A DNA stretch of 64,000 nt, taken from Deltaproteobacteria bacterium. GTDB taxonomy: Bacteria; Desulfobacterota_D; UBA1144; Nemesobacterales; CSP1-2. Shown one piece after another: positions 18,797-27,786 of this stretch. The stretch is from positions 111,680 to 175,679 of the forward strand of contig JBQTHB010000006.1 in NCBI GenBank assembly GCA_052390235.1, in the 5' to 3' direction. Under the pieces are notes generated by a model. It was not told the DNA's origin. It made no database searches and saw only the letters and a program-made list of their open reading frames with translations. The translations under genes were made by a program, and so were the position numbers. Every line of letters begins with the position of its first letter. Positions within the stretch are counted from its first letter, which is position 1.

Positions 18797-19216
18797 ATGA
18801 ACCGCTGGCTTGTGAAATCCGAACCTAGCGCCTATTCGTGGCAGGAGTTTCTCGAAGACGGGCGAGCCTTTTGGGACGGGGTGCGAAACTATCAGGCGCG
18901 AAACAACCTCAGAGCCATGAAGCTCGCAGACCCGGTGCTTTTCTATCACAGCAACGAGGGCCATGAGGTGGCAGGCGTGGCCGAGGTCGTCAAGGAGGCG
19001 TATCGAGACCCGACGTCGGAGAGCGCCGAATGGGTTGCAGTGGACATAAAACCCGTCCGAACCCTGAGCAATACCGTGTCTCTTGCCAACATCAGGGAAA
19101 ACCCGCGCCTGCAGAATATCGCCCTCATCAGGCAGAGCCGCCTTTCCGTTATGCCCGTTACAGAGGACGAATTCGATGCAATTTTGGAGATGTCAGAGAG
19201 CCAAAGCGGTAAATAA
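18797..19216 (+). CDS. EVE (PUA-like) domain protein
   Basis: MNRWLVKSEPSAYSWQEF...WDGVRNYQARNNLRAMKLADPVLFYHSN...VAGVAEVVKEAY is the classic EVE domain pattern. Confidence 0.85.
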   Translation: MNRWLVKSEPSAYSWQEFLEDGRAFWDGVRNYQARNNLRAMKLADPVLFYHSNEGHEVAGVAEVVKEAYRDPTSESAEWVAVDIKPVRTLSNTVSLANIRENPRLQNIALIRQSRLSVMPVTEDEFDAILEMSESQSGK

Positions 19217-19284
19217 AACCGCTTCAATGCCCGTCTTGAAACTTCGACTTGCCGTGATATAATTCCCATCCACTCCTGATTTTA

Positions 19285-19360
19285 GGCGGCGTAGCTCAGG
19301 CGGTAGAGCAGGGCTCTCATAAGGCCTTGGTCGCAGGTTCGATTCCTGCCGCCGCCACCA
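19285..19360 (+). tRNA. tRNA-Met (anticodon CAT), elongator-like, CCA encoded
   Basis: Folded by hand: acceptor GGCGGCG/CGCCGCC, D arm GCTC-AGGCGGTA-GAGC, anticodon arm GGGCT-CTCATAA-GGCCT, T arm GCAGG-TTCGATT-CCTGC, ACCA. The 1:72 G-C pair argues against an initiator. tRNA-Ile2 (lysidine) cannot be excluded. Confidence 0.9.
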
Positions 19361-19397
19361 CCATCCAGCCCTAAATGCCCTTGCGTTAATCTATGAT

Positions 19398-19440
19398 TAA
19401 TTCCTTCTTCATAATTCCTTAACAATCCAAATTTATCCTT
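19398..19440 (+). promoter_or_regulatory. Candidate Pho-box-like direct repeats upstream of pstS
   Basis: TAATTCCTT at 19398-19406 and 19412-19420, and a related TTTATCCTT at 19432-19440, 40-80 nt upstream of the pstS ATG. Confidence 0.3.
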
Positions 19441-19479
19441 AGCCAAAGTACAACCTAGATTCACGGAGGAGGAAATACA

Positions 19480-20499
19480 ATGTTTAATTCTAAAACTAAG
19501 GCTATTGGGTTAAGCGTGGCTCTAGCGGCGATAGTTCTTACCGTAGCCGTGAGCGCGAATTTGGGTGTCGCCGCCGACGCGCCCAAAGTTGACCCGAATC
19601 TCTCGCAGTACAAGAAAGTAAGCGGCGTCTCAGGCAATATCAGCAGTGTCGGCTCGGACTCAATGAACAACCTCATGACGCTCTGGTGCGAGGGGTTTGC
19701 CAAATATTACCCCAATGTCAGATGCCAAATCGAGGGCAAAGGCTCAAGCACCGCCCCCACCGCGCTCATCGCTGGCACGGCGCAAATTGGCCCAATGTCC
19801 AGAGCGATGAAAGGCACGGAAAAGGACGAGTTCGAGAAGAAATTCGGCTATAAACCGACTGAAATCCGCACCTCAATTGACTCCCTTGCGGTCTATGTGA
19901 ACAAAGACAACCCGCTTGAGTGCTTGGCTATAAAACAGGTTGACTCGATATTCTCAAAAACTAGAAAATGCGGCGCAACAGACGGAGCCGGCACTTGGGG
20001 AGATGTAGGTCTCAGCGGGGACTGGGCAGGGCGGCCCCTGAGCATTTACGGCAGAAACTCGGCTTCAGGCACTTACGGGTTCTTCAAAGAGACGGCTCTT
20101 TGCAAGGGCGACTATAAAGACGAGGTCAAAGAACAGCCCGGTTCGGCTTCAGTGGTTCAAGGCGTAACCGAAGACCGCTTCGGCGTCGGCTACAGCGGCA
20201 TCGGCTACAGAACCTCCGGCGTTAAAGCCATTAGCCTCGCCAAGGACGGCAAAGCCTGCGCCGAGCCAAATCTGGATAACGTGCTGAACGGCTCCTACCC
20301 CCTCGGCAGATACCTCTACGTTTATATCAACAAAACCCCTAACAAATCCCCCGAGCCGCTCGTTAAGGAATTCCTCAAATTCGTCCTCAGCAAAGAGGGC
20401 CAGCTGGTAGTCGTAAAAGACGGATACGACCCGATGCCTGCCACAATAGCGGCGGAAGAAATTAAAAAAATAGATTCAACCGAAACGGCTTCAAATTAA
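19480..20499 (+). CDS. pstS: Phosphate ABC transporter substrate-binding protein
   Basis: Signal peptide, then SGNISSVGSDSMNNLMTLW...GKGSSTAP...GTYGFF. Followed by pstCAB. Strong SD GGAGGAGG. Confidence 0.9.
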   Translation: MFNSKTKAIGLSVALAAIVLTVAVSANLGVAADAPKVDPNLSQYKKVSGVSGNISSVGSDSMNNLMTLWCEGFAKYYPNVRCQIEGKGSSTAPTALIAGTAQIGPMSRAMKGTEKDEFEKKFGYKPTEIRTSIDSLAVYVNKDNPLECLAIKQVDSIFSKTRKCGATDGAGTWGDVGLSGDWAGRPLSIYGRNSASGTYGFFKETALCKGDYKDEVKEQPGSASVVQGVTEDRFGVGYSGIGYRTSGVKAISLAKDGKACAEPNLDNVLNGSYPLGRYLYVYINKTPNKSPEPLVKEFLKFVLSKEGQLVVVKDGYDPMPATIAAEEIKKIDSTETASN

Positions 20500-20516
20500 G
20501 CAAGCTCACGCTAAGG

Positions 20517-20548
20517 AGAGGCGGCGGTATCGTCGCCTCTTTTTTTTG
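20517..20548 (+). terminator. Rho-independent terminator/attenuator after pstS
   Basis: AGAGGCG (20517-20523) pairs with CGCCTCT (20534-20540), followed by a T-run to 20548. Confidence 0.6.
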
Positions 20549-20571
20549 CGAACTCCGCGAGAAGAGAAAAA

Positions 20572-22890
20572 ATGGCGACCCTTTCCACACGAATAGAGAA
20601 AAAACCCAAGCTCGTTCTTGGAATTGACAAAAGACGCCTTGCCGACAAAGCGGCAACCGTAGTCGTAACCTTTGGCGGCATCGCAATAATCCTCAGCATC
20701 GCAGCCATTTTACTATTCATATCCCTTGAGGTCTATCCCCTGTGGAAAGGGGCAGAGGCGCAGCTCACGGGAAAATTCGATGTGAAGCGATACGCCTTCC
20801 TGCCCCAGAACCCCGAATCCGGTTTTGAGATTGCCGCTCTAGGGGTTGAGGAGTATCAGGAGGTCGGATATTTCATCACAAAATCGGGCGTCGTCAGTTT
20901 CATATCCCTCTCCGACGGGACACTAGTAAAAGAAGAAAGAATCGAGGGATTGGATGGCAGACGCCTCGCCTCGGCGCAAGGCTCTATCAATAGCAAAAAT
21001 TTCACCCTCGCCACCGAAGATGGCATCGTCCTGCCCATCGAGATAAAATCGAGCGCTAGCTTCTCCGAGGGCGGCACAAGGACTCTCGCCCTTGAGGTTG
21101 TGGAGGGGGATTTGATTGAGATGGACTCCGTAGCCCTCAAGCGGGCGGCTCATCAAACCTCGGACGAGGGCGCGCGAGCCTCAGCCGCAATTACCGGAGA
21201 CGGCAGGCTCCTGCTCGCGTTTGAACGAGAGGCGGAAGAGTCCGAATTCGGAGGGTTAGAAGAGGCGCAAACCGAGGTTCAATCCCCAGCTCGCACAAAA
21301 GCCCTATTTGACCTCACGCCGGAATTGAGCGGGAGCGCGCCGACAGAAATCGCCCTCGATGAATTCATGGATAATCTATACGTCGGCGTGGCTGATGGAC
21401 GCATATTCCGCTGGGATTTAAAAGATAAATCCGCCCCTAAGCTAGCCGAATCCACAGAGGCATCAGCAAATAAAACCCCGATAACCGCCCTCGGATTTAT
21501 TCTCGGAGACCGCTCCCTCATCGTGGGCGACGCATCTGGCGGGGTGTCAATTTGGTTTCAGATAGAGGACAAAACGTCGCCCACGGGCAGAAGGCTCGTC
21601 AAGGCGCACACGCTCTCATCGCACAAATCCGAGGTCGTAGCAGTCGCCGCATCCCCTAGGGACAGGGGACTGCTCACCGCCGACGCCGAAGGGAATCTCA
21701 TCCTCCACTACTCAACAGCCGAGAGGAAACTACTCGAAATCCAAGGCGACGGGCGTGCGATTAAAGCCCTCGCCTTCGCCCCCAAGGCTAACGGCGCGCT
21801 GGCAGTTGACGGCGGGGGGACGCTCATGGGATTCGGCATTGACAACCCTCACCCGGAAATCACGCTCAGGAGCCTGTTCGGGCGAATTTGGTACGAGGGA
21901 TATTCAGAACCCGAATACGTCTGGCAGTCAACCGGCGGCACGGACGATTTCGAGCCGAAACTGAGCCTCACCCCCCTTGCTTACGGGACTTTTAAGGGGA
22001 CTCTCTACGCCCTCCTCTTCGCCGTACCCGTGGGAATTCTCGGCGCGATTTGCGTGTCGCAGTTCATGCACCCATCACTGAGAAACCTCATCAAGCCCGT
22101 AATTGAAACAATGGCGGCTCTGCCGAGTGTGGTGCTTGGGTTCGTAGCCGGGCTTCTCATCGCCCCTCTAATCGAAGGAATTCTGCCGGCAGTCCTGCTG
22201 ATGCCCTTCATGATAGTAGCCCTGATACTGGTCTCGGTCTTCATCTGGAGGCTCGTTCCAAGGGGCGTTCGCGGGAAATTTAAAGAAGGCACGGAGCTTC
22301 TGCTCATGATACCTGTGTTCCTGCTGGGGATTCAGATTTGCCTGTGGCTAAACGCCCCGTTAGAGAGCTTTATGTTCGGCGGGGATTACAGAAACTGGCT
22401 CTTCAGCGTCTTGGGGCTTCAGTACGACCAGAGGAATTCGCTCGTCGTGGGACTCGCCATGGGCTTTGCAGTTATCCCGATAATATTCACGATTTCGGAG
22501 GATTCGCTCTCGAACGTGCCGAGGCATCTGGTGTCGGGGTCTCTGGCGCTGGGGGCAACGAAGTGGCAGACTGCCATACAAGTGGTGCTTCCGACGGCGA
22601 GCGCTGGGATATTCTCAGCGGTCATGATTGGGCTTGGAAGGGCTGTGGGCGAGACAATGATAGTGCTTATGGCTACGGGCAACACCCCTATCATAGACTG
22701 GAGCATATTCAACGGATTCAGGGCCCTTTCAGCCAATATTGCCGTTGAAATTCCCGAAGCCCCCGAAGGAGGAACGCTCTACAGGGTGCTGTTTTTGGCG
22801 GCTCTGCTCCTGTTTTTCGTAACTTTTATCGTCAACACCGCGGCGGAGCTTGTGAGGCAGAGGCTTAGGAAAAAATACGGACAGCTCTAG
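20572..22890 (+). CDS. pstC: Phosphate ABC transporter permease PstC, long form with a roughly 400-aa periplasmic insert
   Basis: C-terminal third has the PstC core (SLALGATKWQT...VVLPTASAGIFSAVMIGLGRAVGETMIV). N-terminal TM1 is followed by a large domain with propeller-like strands (GRIFRWDL, GGVSIWFQ, EGNLILHY). Confidence 0.85.
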   Translation: MATLSTRIEKKPKLVLGIDKRRLADKAATVVVTFGGIAIILSIAAILLFISLEVYPLWKGAEAQLTGKFDVKRYAFLPQNPESGFEIAALGVEEYQEVGYFITKSGVVSFISLSDGTLVKEERIEGLDGRRLASAQGSINSKNFTLATEDGIVLPIEIKSSASFSEGGTRTLALEVVEGDLIEMDSVALKRAAHQTSDEGARASAAITGDGRLLLAFEREAEESEFGGLEEAQTEVQSPARTKALFDLTPELSGSAPTEIALDEFMDNLYVGVADGRIFRWDLKDKSAPKLAESTEASANKTPITALGFILGDRSLIVGDASGGVSIWFQIEDKTSPTGRRLVKAHTLSSHKSEVVAVAASPRDRGLLTADAEGNLILHYSTAERKLLEIQGDGRAIKALAFAPKANGALAVDGGGTLMGFGIDNPHPEITLRSLFGRIWYEGYSEPEYVWQSTGGTDDFEPKLSLTPLAYGTFKGTLYALLFAVPVGILGAICVSQFMHPSLRNLIKPVIETMAALPSVVLGFVAGLLIAPLIEGILPAVLLMPFMIVALILVSVFIWRLVPRGVRGKFKEGTELLLMIPVFLLGIQICLWLNAPLESFMFGGDYRNWLFSVLGLQYDQRNSLVVGLAMGFAVIPIIFTISEDSLSNVPRHLVSGSLALGATKWQTAIQVVLPTASAGIFSAVMIGLGRAVGETMIVLMATGNTPIIDWSIFNGFRALSANIAVEIPEAPEGGTLYRVLFLAALLLFFVTFIVNTAAELVRQRLRKKYGQL

Positions 22891-22923
22891 CTATTGGTTT
22901 GCGCCGTCTCATAGTGGAGAGAA

Positions 22924-24546
22924 ATGAAAAATTTTTGGAAAAGTGGAGACCCATTTGTTTGGCTCACCGGCGGGGCGCTGGTTTTAAGCCTCCTCATGAT
23001 AGGGGCGCTCCTCATTGTAATCATGGCGGCGGGGCTGGGATTTTTTTGGCCTTCGGATGTGGCGAGGGTCGCGCTCAAAGACGGCGAGGCGGCTATGGGG
23101 CAAATCCGAGCGAGGCAGGAAATCCCGAACCCTGACGCAGCAGCGGGGGCGACTCTCCAGCGCAGAATCCAGATTCAAATTGGAAACCGCGATATTTACG
23201 GGCTCGATTTCAGATGGATTGACGAGAGTGCGATACAAAAAATAGATTATCCCGAACAGATGATAGTGCTAGAGCGGCGCGAGTGGGGGAATTTCTACGG
23301 ATTCATCAGAGAAATCCGAGAAGGAGAGGCCGCAAACATCCCCGGCGGCGGGGATGTTTGGGCGGCGTTTCTCGGCTATCTGCCAGAATCGGGGCGCATC
23401 TATTCGCAAATTAGAAAAATCGAGAAAGACGACATCGGCGAGATAAATTACAGAATCGAGTCCCTGCGGCTCGACATCCGAAAGCTCGAACTCAAGGGCG
23501 CGAAAAATTCCCCTGAGATTCAAGCGCTCGAATCCCGAATAGAGGCCGAGAAGAGTAAATACGCCGACAAAGAGGCAGAGCTTGCCGCCCTTTACGAGAA
23601 GCTCCGATCGAGAACGGTCTTGTTTGAAACCGTTGACGGAAACGAGAAGGAAATTGCCCTTGGCACAATCGTTAGGGCGTATCAGCCGAACTCCATGACG
23701 TGGTTCGATAAATCCGCCCTCTACATATCCAAAGTATGGGAATTCATAGCCGACGAGCCGAGGGAGTCGAACACCGAGGGCGGAGTGTTCCCCGCCATAT
23801 TCGGCACAATCATGATGGTGCTTCTGATGAGTATCGCTGTGCTTCCCCTGGGGGTGCTTGCCGCGCTCTATTTACGGGAATATGCCAAGCAAGGGCCGCT
23901 TGTAAGGGCCGTGAGAATCTGCGTCAATAACCTCGCCGGCGTGCCTTCCATCGTATTCGGGGTGTTCGGGCTTGGATTTTTCATCTACACCATCGGCGGC
24001 TCGATTGACCAGGTGTTTTTTGCCGAATCCCTGCCCACGCCCACCTACGGCACAGGAGGGATTATTTGGGCATCTCTGACGCTCGCGCTTCTGACTGTGC
24101 CTGTGGTTATTGTCGCCACCGAGGAGGGGCTTGCCGCAGTGTCAAAGGAAATCAGACACGGCTCGCTTGCGCTTGGAGCGACAAAATTCGAGACCCTGTG
24201 GAAAGTGGTTGTCCCGAGCGCAATGCCGGGAATCCTGACCGGGCTTATTTTGGCTATCGCTAGGGCTACCGGAGAGGTCGCCCCGCTGATGATTACGGGG
24301 GTCGTAAAGCTCGCGCCGGCTCTCCCTATTGACGGCAACTTCCCGTTCATTCACCTTGAGCGCAAATTCATGCACCTGGGGTTTCACATCTACGACGTGG
24401 GGTTTCAATCACCCAACGTGGAAGCGGCAAAGCCTATGGTCTATACGACCGCGTTTTTGCTGATTCTGATAGTGGTCGCGCTGAACGTTACGGCGATAGC
24501 GGTGAGAAATAGACTCAGGAAAAAATACGCCACGTCGGTGTTTTAG
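22924..24546 (+). CDS. pstA: Phosphate ABC transporter permease PstA, long form
   Basis: SLALGATKFETLWKVVVPSAMPGILTGLILAIARATGEVAPL core, preceded by TM1 and a roughly 250-aa insert with a coiled-coil stretch. Confidence 0.85.
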   Translation: MKNFWKSGDPFVWLTGGALVLSLLMIGALLIVIMAAGLGFFWPSDVARVALKDGEAAMGQIRARQEIPNPDAAAGATLQRRIQIQIGNRDIYGLDFRWIDESAIQKIDYPEQMIVLERREWGNFYGFIREIREGEAANIPGGGDVWAAFLGYLPESGRIYSQIRKIEKDDIGEINYRIESLRLDIRKLELKGAKNSPEIQALESRIEAEKSKYADKEAELAALYEKLRSRTVLFETVDGNEKEIALGTIVRAYQPNSMTWFDKSALYISKVWEFIADEPRESNTEGGVFPAIFGTIMMVLLMSIAVLPLGVLAALYLREYAKQGPLVRAVRICVNNLAGVPSIVFGVFGLGFFIYTIGGSIDQVFFAESLPTPTYGTGGIIWASLTLALLTVPVVIVATEEGLAAVSKEIRHGSLALGATKFETLWKVVVPSAMPGILTGLILAIARATGEVAPLMITGVVKLAPALPIDGNFPFIHLERKFMHLGFHIYDVGFQSPNVEAAKPMVYTTAFLLILIVVALNVTAIAVRNRLRKKYATSVF

Positions 24547-24593
24547 GGCTTGTCTAGGGATGGAGAATATTCGAGCTAAGGAGGTCAGCTGAA

Positions 24594-25463
24594 TTGAAAT
24601 CTCAGAGTGGAAAAGCGGTTGATTATAAAAACGAGGTAATATCAAACCCGAACACGGGCACATCCGACGCCGCGCCCGACAAGCAGGGGGTGCAAAAGAT
24701 GAAATTTGAAAACCCTATCGTCGAGATTCAGAACATCACGCTTAAATACAGCGGCGCGCCGGCGCTTAATGATATCACCCTCGACATACCTAAAAATCAG
24801 GCGACGGCGTTTATAGGGCCGTCGGGATGCGGGAAATCCACACTGCTCAGATGCCTAAACCGCCTAAATGACCTCGTTGACGGCGTTACAGTCGAGGGGC
24901 AGATAAAAATAAACGGCACGGACATCTACGCCCCAAGCAATGACATCACCGAGCTTAGAAAGAGGGTCGGCATGGTGTTTCAGAAATCCAATCCGTTTCC
25001 CAAATCCATCTATGACAACGTAGCTTATGGTCCGAGAATTGCGGGGATTCACAAACGCGCCGAGCTAGATGAAATTGTCGAGAAGAGCCTCAAAGGGGCG
25101 GCTCTGTGGGAAGAGGTCAAGGACAGACTCGCCGAAAGCGCCCTGGGAATATCCGGCGGACAGCAACAGAGGCTCTGCATCGCGCGCGCCATAGCAGTTG
25201 AGCCGGAGGTGCTTCTTATGGACGAGCCTTGCTCGGCTCTCGACCCCATCGCCACGGGAAAGGTTGAGGAGCTAATAACGGAGCTTAAACTAAACTACAC
25301 CATAGTTATCGTAACCCACAATATGCAACAGGCGTCCCGCGTGTCCGACTATACGGCTTTTATGTACATAGGCAGGCTCGTCGAATACGACAAGACGGAG
25401 AAAATATTCCTGAACCCCTCGATGAAACAGACCGAGGACTACATCACCGGGAGATTTGGCTAA
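24594..25463 (+). CDS. pstB: Phosphate import ATP-binding protein
   Basis: [12 protein letters not shown] (Walker A), [29 protein letters not shown] 24594 follows AAGGAGG; ATG 24699 would give a canonical-length protein. Confidence 0.9.
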   Translation: MKSQSGKAVDYKNEVISNPNTGTSDAAPDKQGVQKMKFENPIVEIQNITLKYSGAPALNDITLDIPKNQATAFIGPSGCGKSTLLRCLNRLNDLVDGVTVEGQIKINGTDIYAPSNDITELRKRVGMVFQKSNPFPKSIYDNVAYGPRIAGIHKRAELDEIVEKSLKGAALWEEVKDRLAESALGISGGQQQRLCIARAIAVEPEVLLMDEPCSALDPIATGKVEELITELKLNYTIVIVTHNMQQASRVSDYTAFMYIGRLVEYDKTEKIFLNPSMKQTEDYITGRFG

Positions 25464-25517
25464 GGCGCGCGGGGCCCAACTTTTGCCGGGCGCGGTCTTT
25501 ATTTATAATGAACGGCT

Positions 25518-25937
25518 ATGGAGAATAGAGAAAAAAAGAGGGTTTTATTCATCTGCACGCATAACTCAGCCCGCTCGCAGATGGCCGAGGGACTCCTCAG
25601 AGCGATATTCGGCGCGAGATACGAATCCCAGAGCGCGGGCACTGAGGCTAGAGGCGTAAACCCCTACGCCGTGAGGGCAATGGCTCGAATCGGGGTGGAT
25701 ATATCTTGGCATCGCTCAAAAACCGTCGCTGAATTCGACGGCGAGCAGTTTGACTACGTCGTAACGGTGTGCGACCACGCCAGAGAGAATTGCCCGTACT
25801 ATGCAGGAGGCAGGGCGCACCTGCATAGGGATTTTGACGACCCTTCGAGAGCCGAGGGCGAGGACGAGGTAAAATTAGCGGCGTTCGAGAGGGCCAGAGA
25901 CGAAATCGAGGGGTGGATTCGCGAGACGTTCGGATAG
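25518..25937 (+). CDS. arsC: Arsenate reductase, thioredoxin-coupled LMW-PTP type
   Basis: P-loop CTHNSARS (CX5R-S) plus the downstream Cys pair VCDHARENCP (C-x6-C) and FDDP, as in pI258/B. subtilis-type ArsC. Confidence 0.75.
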   Translation: MENREKKRVLFICTHNSARSQMAEGLLRAIFGARYESQSAGTEARGVNPYAVRAMARIGVDISWHRSKTVAEFDGEQFDYVVTVCDHARENCPYYAGGRAHLHRDFDDPSRAEGEDEVKLAAFERARDEIEGWIRETFG

Positions 25938-25981
25938 CGCGTACACGGGAAATTTATCAAGCATCTCGGAGGGTATTTACA

Positions 25982-26686
25982 ATGAAAAAATTTGATGAAG
26001 AGCTGATACATCTCAAAAAAACCCTGCTTCAAATGGCAACATCGGTCGAGGAGATGATGGCAAAAAGCGTAAAATCGCTCCGGGAGAGGAACATGATTCT
26101 CGCCGAAGAGGTCATAAAAAGCGACGACAGAGTCAATAAGATGGAGATTGAAATTGACAGCCTCTGCGTGAGGATATTGGGACTCTATCAGCCCGAAGCC
26201 GAGGATCTGCGCACGGTTACGATGGTTATGAAGATAAACAACGACCTTGAGAGAATTGGAGACCACTCGGTCAATATCGCCGAAAGCGCCATTTATCTCG
26301 CCGATAAGCCCTTGGTAAAACCCCTCATTGATATTCCAAGAATGGCTGAGAAAGCCGCCGAGATGCTCAGGGATAGCCTCGAGGCATTCGTCAGTAAAAA
26401 CGTTGGGCTAGCCATCGAGGTCTGCAAAAGGGACGACGACGTTGACTCCCTAGAGGCGCAAATCATGAGAGAGCTTATAACCTACATGATAGCCGACCCA
26501 AGCACGATAGACCGCGCCCTTCATTTAATTCTCGTAAGCCGAGATTTAGAGCGCATCGCAGACCTCGCTACGAACATCGCCGAAGACGCTTTCTACATTG
26601 GCTCAGGTAAGGTACTCAAGCACCACGCCTTTGAAGGCGAGCTGCTGCAGGGAAACTCCCAGGAAGCGCGGAAATCTCCCTCTTAG
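25982..26686 (+). CDS. phoU: Phosphate signalling complex protein PhoU
   Basis: Two PhoU repeats (DDRVNKMEIEID...NNDLERIGDHSVNIAE; DDDVDSLEAQI...SRDLERIADLATNIAE). ATG 25982 (MKKFDEEL) preferred over track start 25913. Confidence 0.9.
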   Translation: MKKFDEELIHLKKTLLQMATSVEEMMAKSVKSLRERNMILAEEVIKSDDRVNKMEIEIDSLCVRILGLYQPEAEDLRTVTMVMKINNDLERIGDHSVNIAESAIYLADKPLVKPLIDIPRMAEKAAEMLRDSLEAFVSKNVGLAIEVCKRDDDVDSLEAQIMRELITYMIADPSTIDRALHLILVSRDLERIADLATNIAEDAFYIGSGKVLKHHAFEGELLQGNSQEARKSPS

Positions 26687-26801
26687 GAAGGGCAGTGCCG
26701 AGTGAGCGGGGGATAAAAAGGATTCTCCCCCGCGCAAATAGAAAAGCGGGGTCGGTGTCCTCTCGACAGCCCCGCCCCTATAGGCAATAGATGTGGATAA
26801 T

Positions 26802-27683
26802 TCATTTTGAAGCTAAATTCGTATCTCCCTCGTAATCCCCGTCATCGGCAACTATGACGTTATTGGGAGCTTTCTTTGAACGCTCATAGTGAGATAGAGC
26901 CTCAGGCATCCATTTCTTTAAATTGGCTATTCTCGTCCCTGAGCCGGGATGCGTTGAGAGGAATTGAGGGGGTCTGGGCTTATTTTTGGTAGCCGCCTCC
27001 ATTCTCTCCCAGAACGCTACGGCATCCCTTGGGTCATAGCCCGCCTTCGCCATATAAATTAGACCTATTTTATCGGCTTCGGTCTCCTGATTGCGTCCGA
27101 AGGGGAGTATAACGCCGACACCAACGCCGATGCCGAAAGCCTGCATCAGGGCGTTAACGGCATCCGGGTCCCTGTTCTTGAGCGCCAAGCTGAGTCCCAC
27201 AGCCCCAAGCTGAGCCAAAATCCCCGCCGAGACTCTCTCCGCCCCGTGATTTGCCGCAACGTGTCCAACCTCGTGGGCAAGCACCGTGGCAAGCCCGGCG
27301 TCGGTCTTGGCAATGGACAGAATGCCCGTATATACGCCTATTTTGCCTCCGGGAAGGGCAAAGGCGTTTATTGTGTCGTCGCCGTCTATGACTTTATATT
27401 CCCAGTTATATTTCGGGGTTTCAGCCAGCGCCGTGATTCGAGACGCCACCCTTCTTACGGCTTCGTTGTATCTGGAATTACTCGATACCCTCTCTTTTTG
27501 GATTACCTCCTGAAAAGCCGTAGCCCCCATGAGGTCAGCCTGTTCACGAGGGATAATAATAAACTGGTTACGCCCTGTTACCGGAGCCTGATAGCAATTC
27601 ACAAACGCAAGCGCTCCGGTCAGGAAAACAACCAAAGCGATGACAGATTTTAATATCCAAGCGGATTTTCGTGCTTTATTCAT
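26802..27683 (-). CDS. M48-family zinc metallopeptidase, lipoprotein
   Basis: HEVGHVAANH (HExxH) and lipobox ALAFVNC; overall similarity to YcaL/LoiP-type M48 proteins. Confidence 0.8.
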   Translation of the reverse strand: MNKARKSAWILKSVIALVVFLTGALAFVNCYQAPVTGRNQFIIIPREQADLMGATAFQEVIQKERVSSNSRYNEAVRRVASRITALAETPKYNWEYKVIDGDDTINAFALPGGKIGVYTGILSIAKTDAGLATVLAHEVGHVAANHGAERVSAGILAQLGAVGLSLALKNRDPDAVNALMQAFGIGVGVGVILPFGRNQETEADKIGLIYMAKAGYDPRDAVAFWERMEAATKNKPRPPQFLSTHPGSGTRIANLKKWMPEALSHYERSKKAPNNVIVADDGDYEGDTNLASK

Positions 27684-27786
27684 CCTAGAGCCACCGTCCT
27701 TGAGGATTTATTTCCACAGCGCCGCAGCGTGCTTTGAACATAAACTGCACGAGCCGAATTTAAGTTTCAACCCCGTATATCCGAGC

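Noticed and set aside
16847-19360. Integrated mobile element or prophage remnant at the tRNA-Met gene
   Set aside because: No integrase, transposase, att-like duplication of the tRNA 3' end, or phage gene is visible. Only the 1.9-kb R-M cassette has a deviant composition, and it sits upstream of the tRNA rather than at its 3' end.
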